From IMG/VR virus record IMGVR_UViG_3300033141_003168, positions 46,332 through 110,331 of that record: a stretch of DNA of 64,000 bases; one strand, given 5' to 3'. This DNA is from a virus. A model generated the notes under the pieces. It saw only the letters and a list, made by a program, of their open reading frames with translations. It had not been told where the DNA came from and searched no databases. The translations under genes and the position numbers were made by a program. Below, piece after piece: positions 20,077 through 29,405 of the stretch. Position 1 is the first letter of the stretch, and the number at the start of each line of letters is the position of its first letter.

Positions 20077-20463
20077 ATGATGGAAGAGATCACACAAGAG
20101 CAAGGGGATTTTTACGGCGAGGTAATTTTGTTGGCAAAAAGTTTGATTGCGTTGATACCGAATGAGGTTCTTGAGATTACGTTAAAGGGGTTGCGGAAAC
20201 AATATACGATAATGCCTTACCAAAACCCAACGGCGTGGAAAGAAGGAGGCCAGGAAAAACTCGAAAAAGAAATTGCAAGTTGCCTTGCACTAATCGAATA
20301 TCGCAACAGGTTAGTAAATCTCGGTATGATATTATCTTCAGACAAAGACATTATAAAATGGAAGGAGGTGAAGAAAAATATTCAACCCGGTGTTCAAAAG
20401 CTTCTGAAGGGGTTCGGCCTAAACACAAAAGAAATATTTGTACAACCGGACAAAGGAGGTTGA
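20077..20463 (+). CDS. hypothetical protein
   Basis: 128-aa ORF with RBS. Confidence 0.6.
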   Translation: MMEEITQEQGDFYGEVILLAKSLIALIPNEVLEITLKGLRKQYTIMPYQNPTAWKEGGQEKLEKEIASCLALIEYRNRLVNLGMILSSDKDIIKWKEVKKNIQPGVQKLLKGFGLNTKEIFVQPDKGG

Positions 20464-21131
20464 AGCGGTGAAGGTAGGAACTGAGTATCAGTTGTTAGAC
20501 AGGCTCGACAAAATGATTCCTTGTGGTTACTGTGACAATGAATTTTTTAATGAACCAAAATTGCAAGATAAACAATTTGCAGAATGTGCTTTAATTTAAA
20601 GAAGTCTTTTTTGATGCAAGATTGATTTGCATAAATGGAAAGGAGTCGAGGATTGGTTGCTTTATATGATAAGTGTAAAAGGTGTGACACGAAATCATAT
20701 TACACTTCACGTCCCGGCCCTTAAAAAAAGAGAAAAGAGGAATCAAGTTATGGATGACGGACGCGGAAAGTTTATTGAACACAAAGACGAGGCAGATGCC
20801 AAAAAGGAAATGGGTAAGAAGTTTCCAAACCGAACTGACAAAACAAGTGGGATATTCAAAGTTGGTGAAGTTCTGGAAATACGCGGTAGCAGATTCAAGA
20901 TAGCGTACATCAAATCAAATGGCGGTATGACTCTACGATTACAAAACCGGGAGGAATAATGACAGACTGGCGCAAAGCAATTATGGAAATTGACGAAGTA
21001 GTAGAGCAAGACATTTGTAAAGAGGAACCGAACGATTGGGAGATTGATTTCCTCGACAGCATACGCGATTTGGATTTATTATCGTCGAAACAAGAATCAA
21101 AACTTAATGATATTTATGAGAAAGTTACGAG

Positions 21132-21428
21132 GTGCTAAATATGAGTAATAACCTGACAGTGGCAGAATTGAAACGACTGCTCGTACCCGGTAAAAAATTA
21201 ATTCTGTTGTCAAATTGGGAAGGAGACGAACCACGCAAAAGGAAAGTCAAGTGGGTAACCCCGACCTTCGTTTTCTTTACAGGCGATGGGATAGAAGATA
21301 CATCAAGGCTTCGCTGGCCCAAAGCAAAGAATTTGGAAAAGACGGGCGACGGATTTAAAATATTACATCCCCTCAATAAGGTTGGTGCAGTTTACCAGTG
21401 GGTAAAGACGACCGGTGCGCATCATTAA
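21132..21428 (+). CDS. hypothetical protein
   Basis: GAGGTG RBS, ~95 aa. Confidence 0.55.
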   Translation: MLNMSNNLTVAELKRLLVPGKKLILLSNWEGDEPRKRKVKWVTPTFVFFTGDGIEDTSRLRWPKAKNLEKTGDGFKILHPLNKVGAVYQWVKTTGAHH

Positions 21429-21519
21429 ACTGATTCGTTTACTTGAAAGAAGAGGGCAAGGTCGCATTTAATAAAGTGAACGAAGACATCTGGAAAATTA
21501 TTAAGAGAGGAGCGTCAAA

Positions 21520-22035
21520 ATGTCAAAAAGGAAAATTAAATCTATTATTGTACATCATTCAGTAAGTAGGTGGGGAGATGGTGCGGTTATTAAACACTGG
21601 CACCAAGACAAAAAGCCACAAGGAAACGGGTGGAAACATCCGGGGTATCACGTTGTTATCTGCAACGGATTTCCTAATTATTATACTTTTAGGCACGGAG
21701 TGCTTAATCGTGCGGCAGATGGGCGCGTAGACCGCATCTGGACTGAATCACAAAGTACTAATGGTTGCAAATATGCAAACATGAACGCATTACACGTTTG
21801 TATGATTGGCGACTTCGATAGTTACGAGCCTACGGAGAATCAAATGAAAAAGTTAATTGACTTACTTACTTTCTGGTGCAAGAAATATAAACTCGATCCG
21901 CAGAAAGATATTTATGGACACGGTGAAATGCAAAAGAAAATTGGCAAGGAAGGATACTCAAAAACTTGTCCCGGTAAAAATGTTGATATGGATGTAATTA
22001 GAAATTTAGTTTTTGCCGAAAGACACTGGTTTTAG
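21520..22035 (+). CDS. N-acetylmuramoyl-L-alanine amidase (Amidase_2 / T7-lysozyme-like endolysin)
   Basis: IIVHHS, GW..PGYH.VI, CMIGDF, IYGHGE, KTCPG Zn-ligand pattern. Confidence 0.9.
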   Translation: MSKRKIKSIIVHHSVSRWGDGAVIKHWHQDKKPQGNGWKHPGYHVVICNGFPNYYTFRHGVLNRAADGRVDRIWTESQSTNGCKYANMNALHVCMIGDFDSYEPTENQMKKLIDLLTFWCKKYKLDPQKDIYGHGEMQKKIGKEGYSKTCPGKNVDMDVIRNLVFAERHWF

Positions 22036-22076
22036 AATTGCAAAGATTATTATAAACGAAAGGAGCAAAATGAAGC

Positions 22077-22898
22077 ATGGCACCAAATAAAAAGATCATT
22101 CCGAAAATATACATGATGATCGGCAATGTAGGATCGGGTAAAAGTGATCTCGCTCGCCACCTGTGTAAGAAATACGGCGCAGTGAGGGTTTGTATGGATG
22201 ACATCGTTATGATGGTTCACGGCGAGTACGGCAGGTATGAAAAAAAGTGTAAGAACATGTACCATGCAGTCGAGATAGAAGTGATAGAAACGGCAGTCAA
22301 AAAAGGATTCGATGTAGTGATTGATCGAACAAATCTGGACTTAGCAGGCAGGGCGCGATTCATGTTGCTTGCAAAGTCGCTTCGAGCCGAAGTGATCGGA
22401 TACCTTTTCCCCACAATGTTAGATGTAGTACCGGAAGTGCTCTTAAAACGGCGTATGAAAAATCCTCGTGGCAAAACTCGAAGTCAATGGATTTCTATAA
22501 TCAATAAGCAGGCAATGGCTTATGAAGTCCCGACGATAGATGAGGGCTTCAAAGAGATCGTTGATGTTGCCGACGACTGCCAGTTTTTTGCAGTTGACTT
22601 TGACGGCACGATTGCAAAGGACAGCAACGGTTACCCGGCACCCGGCACCACTAATGATGATGTAATTGCGGCAATGCGAAAATTTTGGTACGAGTCGATT
22701 CAACACCGAATCATATTATGGACTTGCAGACATGATGATGCACTTTCGATTGCACTACAATTTATGCGAGAAAATAAGATTCCTTATGACTATGTCAACG
22801 AAAATCCACACTGGGAAGGCGGGAGCAGAAAAGTGTTTGCACACGCCTATCTCGATGATAGGAACATGGCCTTCGCATTAAACGAAGGCGAGGAGTAA
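22077..22898 (+). CDS. polynucleotide kinase-like P-loop domain fused to a HAD phosphatase
   Basis: MIGNVGSGKS, VVIDRTN; then AVDFDGT, LWTCR, YLDDRN. Confidence 0.85.
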   Translation: MAPNKKIIPKIYMMIGNVGSGKSDLARHLCKKYGAVRVCMDDIVMMVHGEYGRYEKKCKNMYHAVEIEVIETAVKKGFDVVIDRTNLDLAGRARFMLLAKSLRAEVIGYLFPTMLDVVPEVLLKRRMKNPRGKTRSQWISIINKQAMAYEVPTIDEGFKEIVDVADDCQFFAVDFDGTIAKDSNGYPAPGTTNDDVIAAMRKFWYESIQHRIILWTCRHDDALSIALQFMRENKIPYDYVNENPHWEGGSRKVFAHAYLDDRNMAFALNEGEE

Positions 22899-22902
22899 AG
22901 CT

Positions 22903-23151
22903 ATGGGCTGTGTGATTAAGTGTAAGTGTGGTTACGCCGTAAACGCCCGCGAAGGTATGTGTCCTTTCTGTAAAAGGCAATTTGCGGTGCGACAGGAGTT
23001 GCCTTTTGAGTTCGAGCCCGTTGTGTTTTTCAATAAGTGCGAAACTTGTAATTTCGGCAACGGCAAAGGTGAGAAGCGTAGATGTTCAGTGTTCAGGGAA
23101 ATGTGTTTTAAAATAACTAAAAATTGCACAGTCCACAACAAAATAAAATAA
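22903..23151 (+). CDS. small Cys-rich protein
   Basis: CKCG, CPFC, CETC; GAGGAG RBS. Confidence 0.55.
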   Translation: MGCVIKCKCGYAVNAREGMCPFCKRQFAVRQELPFEFEPVVFFNKCETCNFGNGKGEKRRCSVFREMCFKITKNCTVHNKIK

Positions 23152-23174
23152 TTACAACGGTTTCCGTAGTAATT
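23150..23174. repeat. 25-bp dispersed palindrome, copy 6
   Basis: AATTACAACGG-TTT-CCGTAGTAATT, between a stop and the RBS of the M16 peptidase. Confidence 0.95.
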
Positions 23175-23197
23175 AAAAAATAAGGAGGACTTAAAAA

Positions 23198-24475
23198 ATG
23201 ATCGACACCAAAATTTGTAATGGAGGAATTAAACTTGTCAGTCAGCAAATTAAGTGGGCTGATTCGGTCACGGTTGGTTTGTGGATTCCGCGAGGTAGTT
23301 TTCACGAAAAGTCATTTGAGGAATATGGGGCGCACCATTTTATAGAACACATGTTATTCAAAGGCACGACGACTAAATCTGCCGAAGATATTACTCGCAC
23401 TATTGAATCCAGCGGCGGTACTGTGAACGCATTTACTGGGAACGAATATACATGTTACCACATTACGATCTTGAAGCAGTATTGCTCGCTTGCACTCGAC
23501 ATACTGCTTGATATGTATTTCAACTCGACGTTTCCCGAAGATGAGTTTGAGAAAGAAAAGAACGTTGTACTTGAAGAAATCAAACGTCGAAAAGATGACC
23601 CCGGTATTTTTGTTCAGGATTCGGCAATAATGTCTAACTACGATGGAGTGTGTGGGCACCGTGTGGTCGGAACGAATGAGAGCATAAGGATAATGTCTCG
23701 AAAGTTTTTGCTTGAGTTTTACAAACATTCCTACAAGTCTGAAGAGATGATAGTTAGTTTTGTCGGCAATCTACCTGCTGACGAAGTACAAGACATCATC
23801 GAAACCTCTTGCAATAAACTTACTTTTAAGGATCACCGGTCTTCAATTTCATCTGCTGAAGGTGCCTTCATTCCGCAGGTAAAAGTTTTAACGCGGGACG
23901 TAGAGCAGACATACTTGGTTATGCTATCTCAAGGGGTCTCATTTATAAATGAGGATCGACCGACGCTCTGGTTGATCGACGCCATCTTGGGTACCGGGAT
24001 GAGTAGTAAACTGTTTCTCGAAATTCGTGAATGCCTTGGCCTTGTTTACACCATCTACAGTTTTGCGTGGGAATTCAAGAGCTTTGGGATGTTTGGGATT
24101 CAGGCGCAAACGGGGAAGGACAGATTTGAGCAAACGATCTCAAAGACAGTAAACGTCTTAAATAAACTCGCTATCGAAGGAGTCAGCGACATAGATATTG
24201 ACAGAGCAAAAACGATGATGGTGTCTCAGATTTTAATGGGCGATGAAAAGCTTTACAGTCTGTTTTACCAGTTGGGCGAAGGAGCCGTACTTGGTAAGAA
24301 TTTTGAAAGCGGCGAACTTGTTGATTTAGTTGAACGAGTAACGCCGAAGATGATTTCGGAAATGTTAAAACAAATCGCACGGCCTAAAAAATTCGGAGTG
24401 ACAGTGATGGGTAGCTACGATGATAAAGAGGCAGAGAAACTTGCAGGAGTGGTTGAAAACATTATTGGCGGCTGA
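23198..24475 (+). CDS. M16-family (pitrilysin/insulinase-like, M16B) zinc peptidase
   Basis: GAHHFIEHMLFKGT (HxxEH), NAFT..E.T.Y, EKNVVLEEI, LGTGMSSKLF.EIRE.LGLVY. Confidence 0.93.
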   Translation: MIDTKICNGGIKLVSQQIKWADSVTVGLWIPRGSFHEKSFEEYGAHHFIEHMLFKGTTTKSAEDITRTIESSGGTVNAFTGNEYTCYHITILKQYCSLALDILLDMYFNSTFPEDEFEKEKNVVLEEIKRRKDDPGIFVQDSAIMSNYDGVCGHRVVGTNESIRIMSRKFLLEFYKHSYKSEEMIVSFVGNLPADEVQDIIETSCNKLTFKDHRSSISSAEGAFIPQVKVLTRDVEQTYLVMLSQGVSFINEDRPTLWLIDAILGTGMSSKLFLEIRECLGLVYTIYSFAWEFKSFGMFGIQAQTGKDRFEQTISKTVNVLNKLAIEGVSDIDIDRAKTMMVSQILMGDEKLYSLFYQLGEGAVLGKNFESGELVDLVERVTPKMISEMLKQIARPKKFGVTVMGSYDDKEAEKLAGVVENIIGG

Positions 24476-24505
24476 TATATCGCCTGAATAAAAAGGAGAA
24501 TAACG

Positions 24506-25465
24506 ATGAAAGATACTAACGGAAACGAACATCCCGAAGTGGATGAAAAGGTCAGGGAGGGTTTAGATAAGATCGAGGAGAGCATTGCGGAGTCAGTTTC
24601 TTATTATGTCTTTGCTCAGAAATCGTGGTTCAAAATCAGGCGGTGGTTCTATGTCAGGAAGTGTTGGTTGAAATTGATATGGGCTTTGTTTTTGAAAAAG
24701 CGCAAAGGTTATATCAAAACCTTCACGATTCCGAAAATCAGCAGTGGTAATCACCTTGAGTATAAAGTCGTACCAGTTCTCGCCACCGCTGCTGAGTATA
24801 TTGAAATAGATTTCAAATTAACTAAGGAAAGGGATAAAAGAACTATGAATGAATCAATGTACGGAAAGTTTCCAGTGATAGAAACGATAGACGACGACTT
24901 CAAGTGTCCGAAATGTGGTTTTGTTATTACTAAAATATTGTTTGCTGATATAGATACTGGCAAACCGGTACCCGGTGAAAAATGCCCGAATTGCAAGATA
25001 CCTTGGGACTACGTTATTCAAGAAAAGGACTCCAAAATTTTCATTCGCACCTTGAAGGCGTGTATTTCAGTGATTGAACTAATAATTGTTGAAGGAAAAA
25101 GTCCATACGAAATAGTGACCGGCGAACCCTCTGACGATACTGTTGAAATTGAAGATGAACCAAAACCGTTTCCGAATTACGCTGTGAGTTTTCTAAAGAT
25201 TGAAGGATCACTTGACGGCGACATAATCAGGACGGTTGAGTTCATTCGAGATAATCAAGTTGCGATTGCAGTTCATTCGCGTCATAAAGAAAATAATCCT
25301 CGTAAGTTCAAGAGTTTTCAGATCGACTTGGATCGTGAGAACCTATTGGAATTAAAGGACTGGGTTGACCACACACTTGAGTTTGAGTGTCCTAAGTGCT
25401 ACAAACAAATTTGGCCGACATTGAAGGACAACAAATGTCCACACTGCGGTGAGATTGTGAGATAG
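24506..25465 (+). CDS. hypothetical protein with two Zn ribbons
   Basis: CPKC..CPNC and CPKC..CPHC. Confidence 0.65.
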   Translation: MKDTNGNEHPEVDEKVREGLDKIEESIAESVSYYVFAQKSWFKIRRWFYVRKCWLKLIWALFLKKRKGYIKTFTIPKISSGNHLEYKVVPVLATAAEYIEIDFKLTKERDKRTMNESMYGKFPVIETIDDDFKCPKCGFVITKILFADIDTGKPVPGEKCPNCKIPWDYVIQEKDSKIFIRTLKACISVIELIIVEGKSPYEIVTGEPSDDTVEIEDEPKPFPNYAVSFLKIEGSLDGDIIRTVEFIRDNQVAIAVHSRHKENNPRKFKSFQIDLDRENLLELKDWVDHTLEFECPKCYKQIWPTLKDNKCPHCGEIVR

Positions 25466-25474
25466 AGGAGAACC

Positions 25475-25705
25475 ATGAAAAAAATTATTTTAACGTGTGG
25501 CTGTGGTTCAACGTCGTTCGAACAAATGACAGTTGAACCTGAACCAATATTACGCAAAGAACGAATTATCTTTAAATGTCTACAGTGTGGTGAACTTGCG
25601 GAATTAAAACACGGTATGATTTATAAAGCAGGCGATGTTCATTATTATTACGAAGAAGAACTAAAAGACGAGTTTAAGTTAGAATGGGAATTTAATCCTT
25701 GGTAA
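25475..25705 (+). CDS. small Zn-ribbon protein
   Basis: CGCGS...CLQCG; GAGGAG RBS. Confidence 0.6.
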   Translation: MKKIILTCGCGSTSFEQMTVEPEPILRKERIIFKCLQCGELAELKHGMIYKAGDVHYYYEEELKDEFKLEWEFNPW

Positions 25706-26024
25706 AGTGGTGATTCGTGTACGTTAAACTTATCAATATCGGAGTCCCCAATATATACACTGACATTATGTGCAGGTCGTGCCACACCGTTCCTTGGGTT
25801 TCATGCGCCTGTGTTTCGTGTATGATGAGGTTTGGGACGTTAAAGGTTATTAGGGCCGTCCCTTTGAAACTAATTGTTTACAGGGAGCGTTTCGGCAATA
25901 ATGATTTATTTGTAACATACACACCGAACATCGTTGATCCACACGATCTTGTACCACGGTTAATGTGGGAAACGTCGGAGTACGAGTTATACAAATACAC
26001 AGGAACGAGGTTGAGGATATAATC

Positions 26025-26324
26025 ATGGCAAAAGTACCACTACCTGAAAGAGAAGGCGGCAGGCAATGGAAATTCAAACATAGTCAGTTTCAAATCGACT
26101 TACATGGTTTTCTTTGTAAGAATCCCGGCGTAACATTTGGAAAGATCGTTGACTTCTTTTTCGAGAGCGATGCACATTACAAAGGACAGTCGCGCGATAA
26201 ACTAAAATTCAGTATCAGGACGCGCATTGAAACAATGTACTGCCGCAGTATCATTGATTACGAGGCGTTCAAAGCGAAACGCCATCACTGGGCCTTAGAC
26301 GAAAAAGGAAAGAGGATATTATGA
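26025..26324 (+). CDS. hypothetical protein
   Basis: Likely start MAKVPL after GAGG. Confidence 0.5.
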   Translation: MAKVPLPEREGGRQWKFKHSQFQIDLHGFLCKNPGVTFGKIVDFFFESDAHYKGQSRDKLKFSIRTRIETMYCRSIIDYEAFKAKRHHWALDEKGKRIL

Positions 26325-26776
26325 AGGAGAGTTTAACATTTCAAGACATCGAGAATATTAAGCATTGGTACAAAGTCAAAAGCGGCGAAAGCAGTTGTGA
26401 GGTCGAGGAGATTGGTACGTTATTGAAGTTCGGTATTCGTGACCGGGTTCGTCATGGAAGAAAATTTAAGCATGATTGTAAAATGTGTATCTTCCTTGGG
26501 CCTGAAAGTAAAGATGGCGATCCAATCCTTGCCGATTATGATGTTTTCTATTGCACTGGCACTGGTAGTCTTGTAATAAGGTTCGGCAGCAACGGGCCTG
26601 ACTACTGGAGTGGCAAACCTTCTGAACTTGAATTTATTATAGAACAGATGAAAAAGAACAACGCTCTTCCACAACAAGTTAAAATTTTTGGGCGAGCACT
26701 TCTTTTATTTTCCAAGACCGGAATTGAGGAAGAGAAAGGGGGATGGATTAGCCTATTTACAAGTAAACAAAAATAG
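26321..26776 (+). CDS. hypothetical protein; last codons probably donated by the IS607 left end
   Basis: HDCKMCIFLG...DVFYC...IRFG.NGPDY; runs into the IS promoter region. Confidence 0.6.
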   Translation: MKESLTFQDIENIKHWYKVKSGESSCEVEEIGTLLKFGIRDRVRHGRKFKHDCKMCIFLGPESKDGDPILADYDVFYCTGTGSLVIRFGSNGPDYWSGKPSELEFIIEQMKKNNALPQQVKIFGRALLLFSKTGIEEEKGGWISLFTSKQK

Positions 26777-26784
26777 TCTATAAT
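26756..26784 (+). promoter_or_regulatory. sigma70-type promoter of tnpA (likely leaderless transcript)
   Basis: TTTACA-17 bp-TATAAT; the ATG at 26792 lies 8 nt downstream. Confidence 0.7.
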
Positions 26785-26791
26785 GTACAAT

Positions 26792-27394
26792 ATGAATACT
26801 TATACTGTTACGGAAGCTGCAAAAAGACTGAACAGGTCCGTGGGCACTTTGCAAAGATGGGACAGGCAGGGAGTCCTGAAGGCTAATAGGACTAAAACCA
26901 ATCGCAGGTACTACACCGAAAAGCAGCTAAGAGAGTTTCTTGGAATTGACGTTTCTGCTGAAAGCAAGCGTGTCGTCGCCTATTGCCGCGTATCTTCTCA
27001 AGCGCAAAGGCCGGATTTAAAGAACCAACGTTCTGTCATAGAAGATTTCTGTATAGCTAAAGGACTCGCCAATGTTGATTATATAACGGAGATAGGCGGG
27101 GGATTAAACCTCAAGAGAAAAAAGTTTCTAGAAATAATAGACGACATTTGTTCTGGGAAAATCTCCCACCTCGTAATTGCGCATAAAGATCGGCTATGTA
27201 GATTTGGATTTGATTTAATACTACATCTATGTAAAAAAAACGATTGCGAAATATTGATTCTTAACAGCGAGAAATTAAGTCCCGAACAGGAGATGGTTCA
27301 AGACTTAATGACGATAGTGCATACTTTTTCGAGCCGATTATACGGATTAAGGAACTATAAGAAATCTTTGAAAGAAGCATTAAGCCAAAAATGA
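26792..27394 (+). CDS. tnpA: IS607 serine transposase TnpA
   Basis: N-terminal MerR-like HTH (TLQRWD..G...RRY), VAYCRVSS (catalytic Ser), HKDRLCRFGF, SSRLYGLR. Confidence 0.95.
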   Translation: MNTYTVTEAAKRLNRSVGTLQRWDRQGVLKANRTKTNRRYYTEKQLREFLGIDVSAESKRVVAYCRVSSQAQRPDLKNQRSVIEDFCIAKGLANVDYITEIGGGLNLKRKKFLEIIDDICSGKISHLVIAHKDRLCRFGFDLILHLCKKNDCEILILNSEKLSPEQEMVQDLMTIVHTFSSRLYGLRNYKKSLKEALSQK

Positions 27395-28560
27395 TCTTAG
27401 CGCATAAAATACAACTTGACCCCACGGTGAAGCAGAAAATTTATTTTAACCAAGCCTGCGGGACGGCAAGATTTGTATGGAACTGGGCTTTAGAGGAATG
27501 GAATAAGCAATATAAATCCGGAAAAAAACCAAACGCTAATTCTTTAAAGAAAAAATTTAATGTATTGAAGTACAAGGAATACCCGTGGATAAAAGATATT
27601 CACCGAGATGCCCATTCCCAACCATTCGCAAATCTCCAAAAGGCCTTCAATGGATTTTTTAAAAAGAAATCAAAATACCCAAAATTCAAAAAGAAAGGAA
27701 AACGCGATTCATTCTATGTCGCGAACGATAAGTTTAGGATCAATGACAAGGAAATAAGACTTCCCAAAATAGGGTGGGTTAGGCTTACCGAAGCTCTTCG
27801 CTTCGAAGGCAAGGTGACATCTGCCGTCGTCTCCCGCAAAGCCGACAAGTGGTACGTATCGGTAATGGTGGACGTGGGAGATTATGTAAAACCCAGAAAT
27901 AAAAATGGAATAATAGGAATAGACTTGGGGCTTATTAACTTTGCCACATTATCTACGGGGGAAAAAATAAAAGCACCTAAACCATTAAAGCGTAATTTAA
28001 AAAGACTTCAGAAGCTATCCAAGAATCATTCGAGAAAACAAAAGGGTTCAAAAAATAGAAATAAATCCGCTATGAAATTAGCAAGACTTCATGCAAAAAT
28101 TTCAAACATAAGAATTGATTTTATTCACAAGCTAACGACGAGACTCTGTAACGAGAACCAAGTTATAGTAATAGAGGGATTAGCTGTGAGTAATATGATA
28201 AAGAACCACAGATTAAGTAGGGCGATAAATGATGTCGGATGGTATGAATTCCGTAGGCAATTGGCATATAAGAGCCTAATTTACGAAACTAATTTAATAG
28301 TAGCCAACAGGTTCATGCCCTCATCGAAGATATGTAGTAACTGCGGAATCGTAAAGAAGACTCTTTTCTTGTCAGAGAGAGTTTATAAATGTGACAAATG
28401 CGGAGTCGAGATTGATAGAGATATTAATGCCGCGAAAAATTTACATACCCTCGGCTTGAGGGAAATTCAAGCCTGTGGAGAGAATGTAAGACCTGCTATT
28501 TTAGAGGCAGTTTTTGGTGAAACAGGAACTAAATCGTGTTCACTTGTGAGCACAAATTAG
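27391..28560 (+). CDS. tnpB: TnpB RNA-guided endonuclease
   Basis: GTARFVWNWAL, RuvC-I GIDLG, RuvC-II VIEGL, Zn ribbon SSKICSNCG..CDKCG, RuvC-III DRDINAAKN. Confidence 0.95.
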   Translation: MILAHKIQLDPTVKQKIYFNQACGTARFVWNWALEEWNKQYKSGKKPNANSLKKKFNVLKYKEYPWIKDIHRDAHSQPFANLQKAFNGFFKKKSKYPKFKKKGKRDSFYVANDKFRINDKEIRLPKIGWVRLTEALRFEGKVTSAVVSRKADKWYVSVMVDVGDYVKPRNKNGIIGIDLGLINFATLSTGEKIKAPKPLKRNLKRLQKLSKNHSRKQKGSKNRNKSAMKLARLHAKISNIRIDFIHKLTTRLCNENQVIVIEGLAVSNMIKNHRLSRAINDVGWYEFRRQLAYKSLIYETNLIVANRFMPSSKICSNCGIVKKTLFLSERVYKCDKCGVEIDRDINAAKNLHTLGLREIQACGENVRPAILEAVFGETGTKSCSLVSTN

Positions 28561-28575
28561 AAAGCAGTTGATTAA

Positions 28576-29181
28576 ATGATAAATGATTTTCCCAATAAAA
28601 AATATCAAATAATCTATGCCGATCCACCGTGGAGTTATCGGGATAAAGCGTTGGCGGGAAATAGAGGCGCATGCTTTAAATATCAGACACAAGACAAAGA
28701 ATGGATTGACAATTTACCCGTTAAAGATATTGCCGCTGATGATTGTGTATTATTTCTATGGGTAACAATGCCAAAATTGAATGAGTGTTGGGAACTTATA
28801 GAGAAATGGGGTTTTGAATACAAAACAGTTGCTTTTACATGGGTTAAGAGAAATAAGAAAAAACCTACATGGTTCTGGGGTATGGGATGTTGGACAAGAG
28901 CTAATTCAGAAGTGTGTTTATTGGCAACGAGAGGAAAACCAAAAAGAATAAATGCCGGTGTTCATTCCGTGATAGACACACCAATCGAGGGACATTCTGT
29001 AAAACCGGATTTAGTCCGCGAAAGGATTGTAAAACTTATGGGTGACATGTCGCGCATAGAATTATTTGCGCGTAATAGAACAAAGGGTTGGGATGTATGG
29101 GGAGATGATGTTCTCCCCAAAATAAAAGAAACTCCCATGAAAAGAAGGTTTTCTCGCACTCTATATTGTTCAAGGAGATGA
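28576..29181 (+). CDS. MT-A70-family adenine methyltransferase
   Basis: KYQIIYADPPW, LFLWVT, WGFEYKT.AFTWVK, HS.KP, RIELFAR..GWDVWG. Confidence 0.92.
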   Translation: MINDFPNKKYQIIYADPPWSYRDKALAGNRGACFKYQTQDKEWIDNLPVKDIAADDCVLFLWVTMPKLNECWELIEKWGFEYKTVAFTWVKRNKKKPTWFWGMGCWTRANSEVCLLATRGKPKRINAGVHSVIDTPIEGHSVKPDLVRERIVKLMGDMSRIELFARNRTKGWDVWGDDVLPKIKETPMKRRFSRTLYCSRR

Positions 29182-29405
29182 GTAATTAAATGACAATAAA
29201 ACAAAAATCAAAGATACCTGATTGGACGTATTATTTTCTAAAATTGTGCACGTCTTTAGTTAAAGGAATTGAAAATTCGTTTTCTAAAAAATGTTCCGAA
29301 GAAAAAAACACGGCTAAAACCAACTGATAGCAAAAGGGTGTCGGAAGCCACCCATCGCATATCAAATTATCAATACTAATAAGTAAGAAAGGTTCATAGA
29401 GAAAA

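Larger units (their letters stand above)
26752..28567 (+). mobile_element. IS607-family insertion sequence (tnpA + tnpB); ends approximate
   Basis: Overlapping tnpA-tnpB pair with its own promoter and a structured 3' end; no terminal inverted repeats seen. Confidence 0.88.

Noticed and set aside
27391-28560. TnpB as a Cas12f effector
   Set aside because: It is coupled to an IS607 tnpA and has no adjacent repeat-spacer array.
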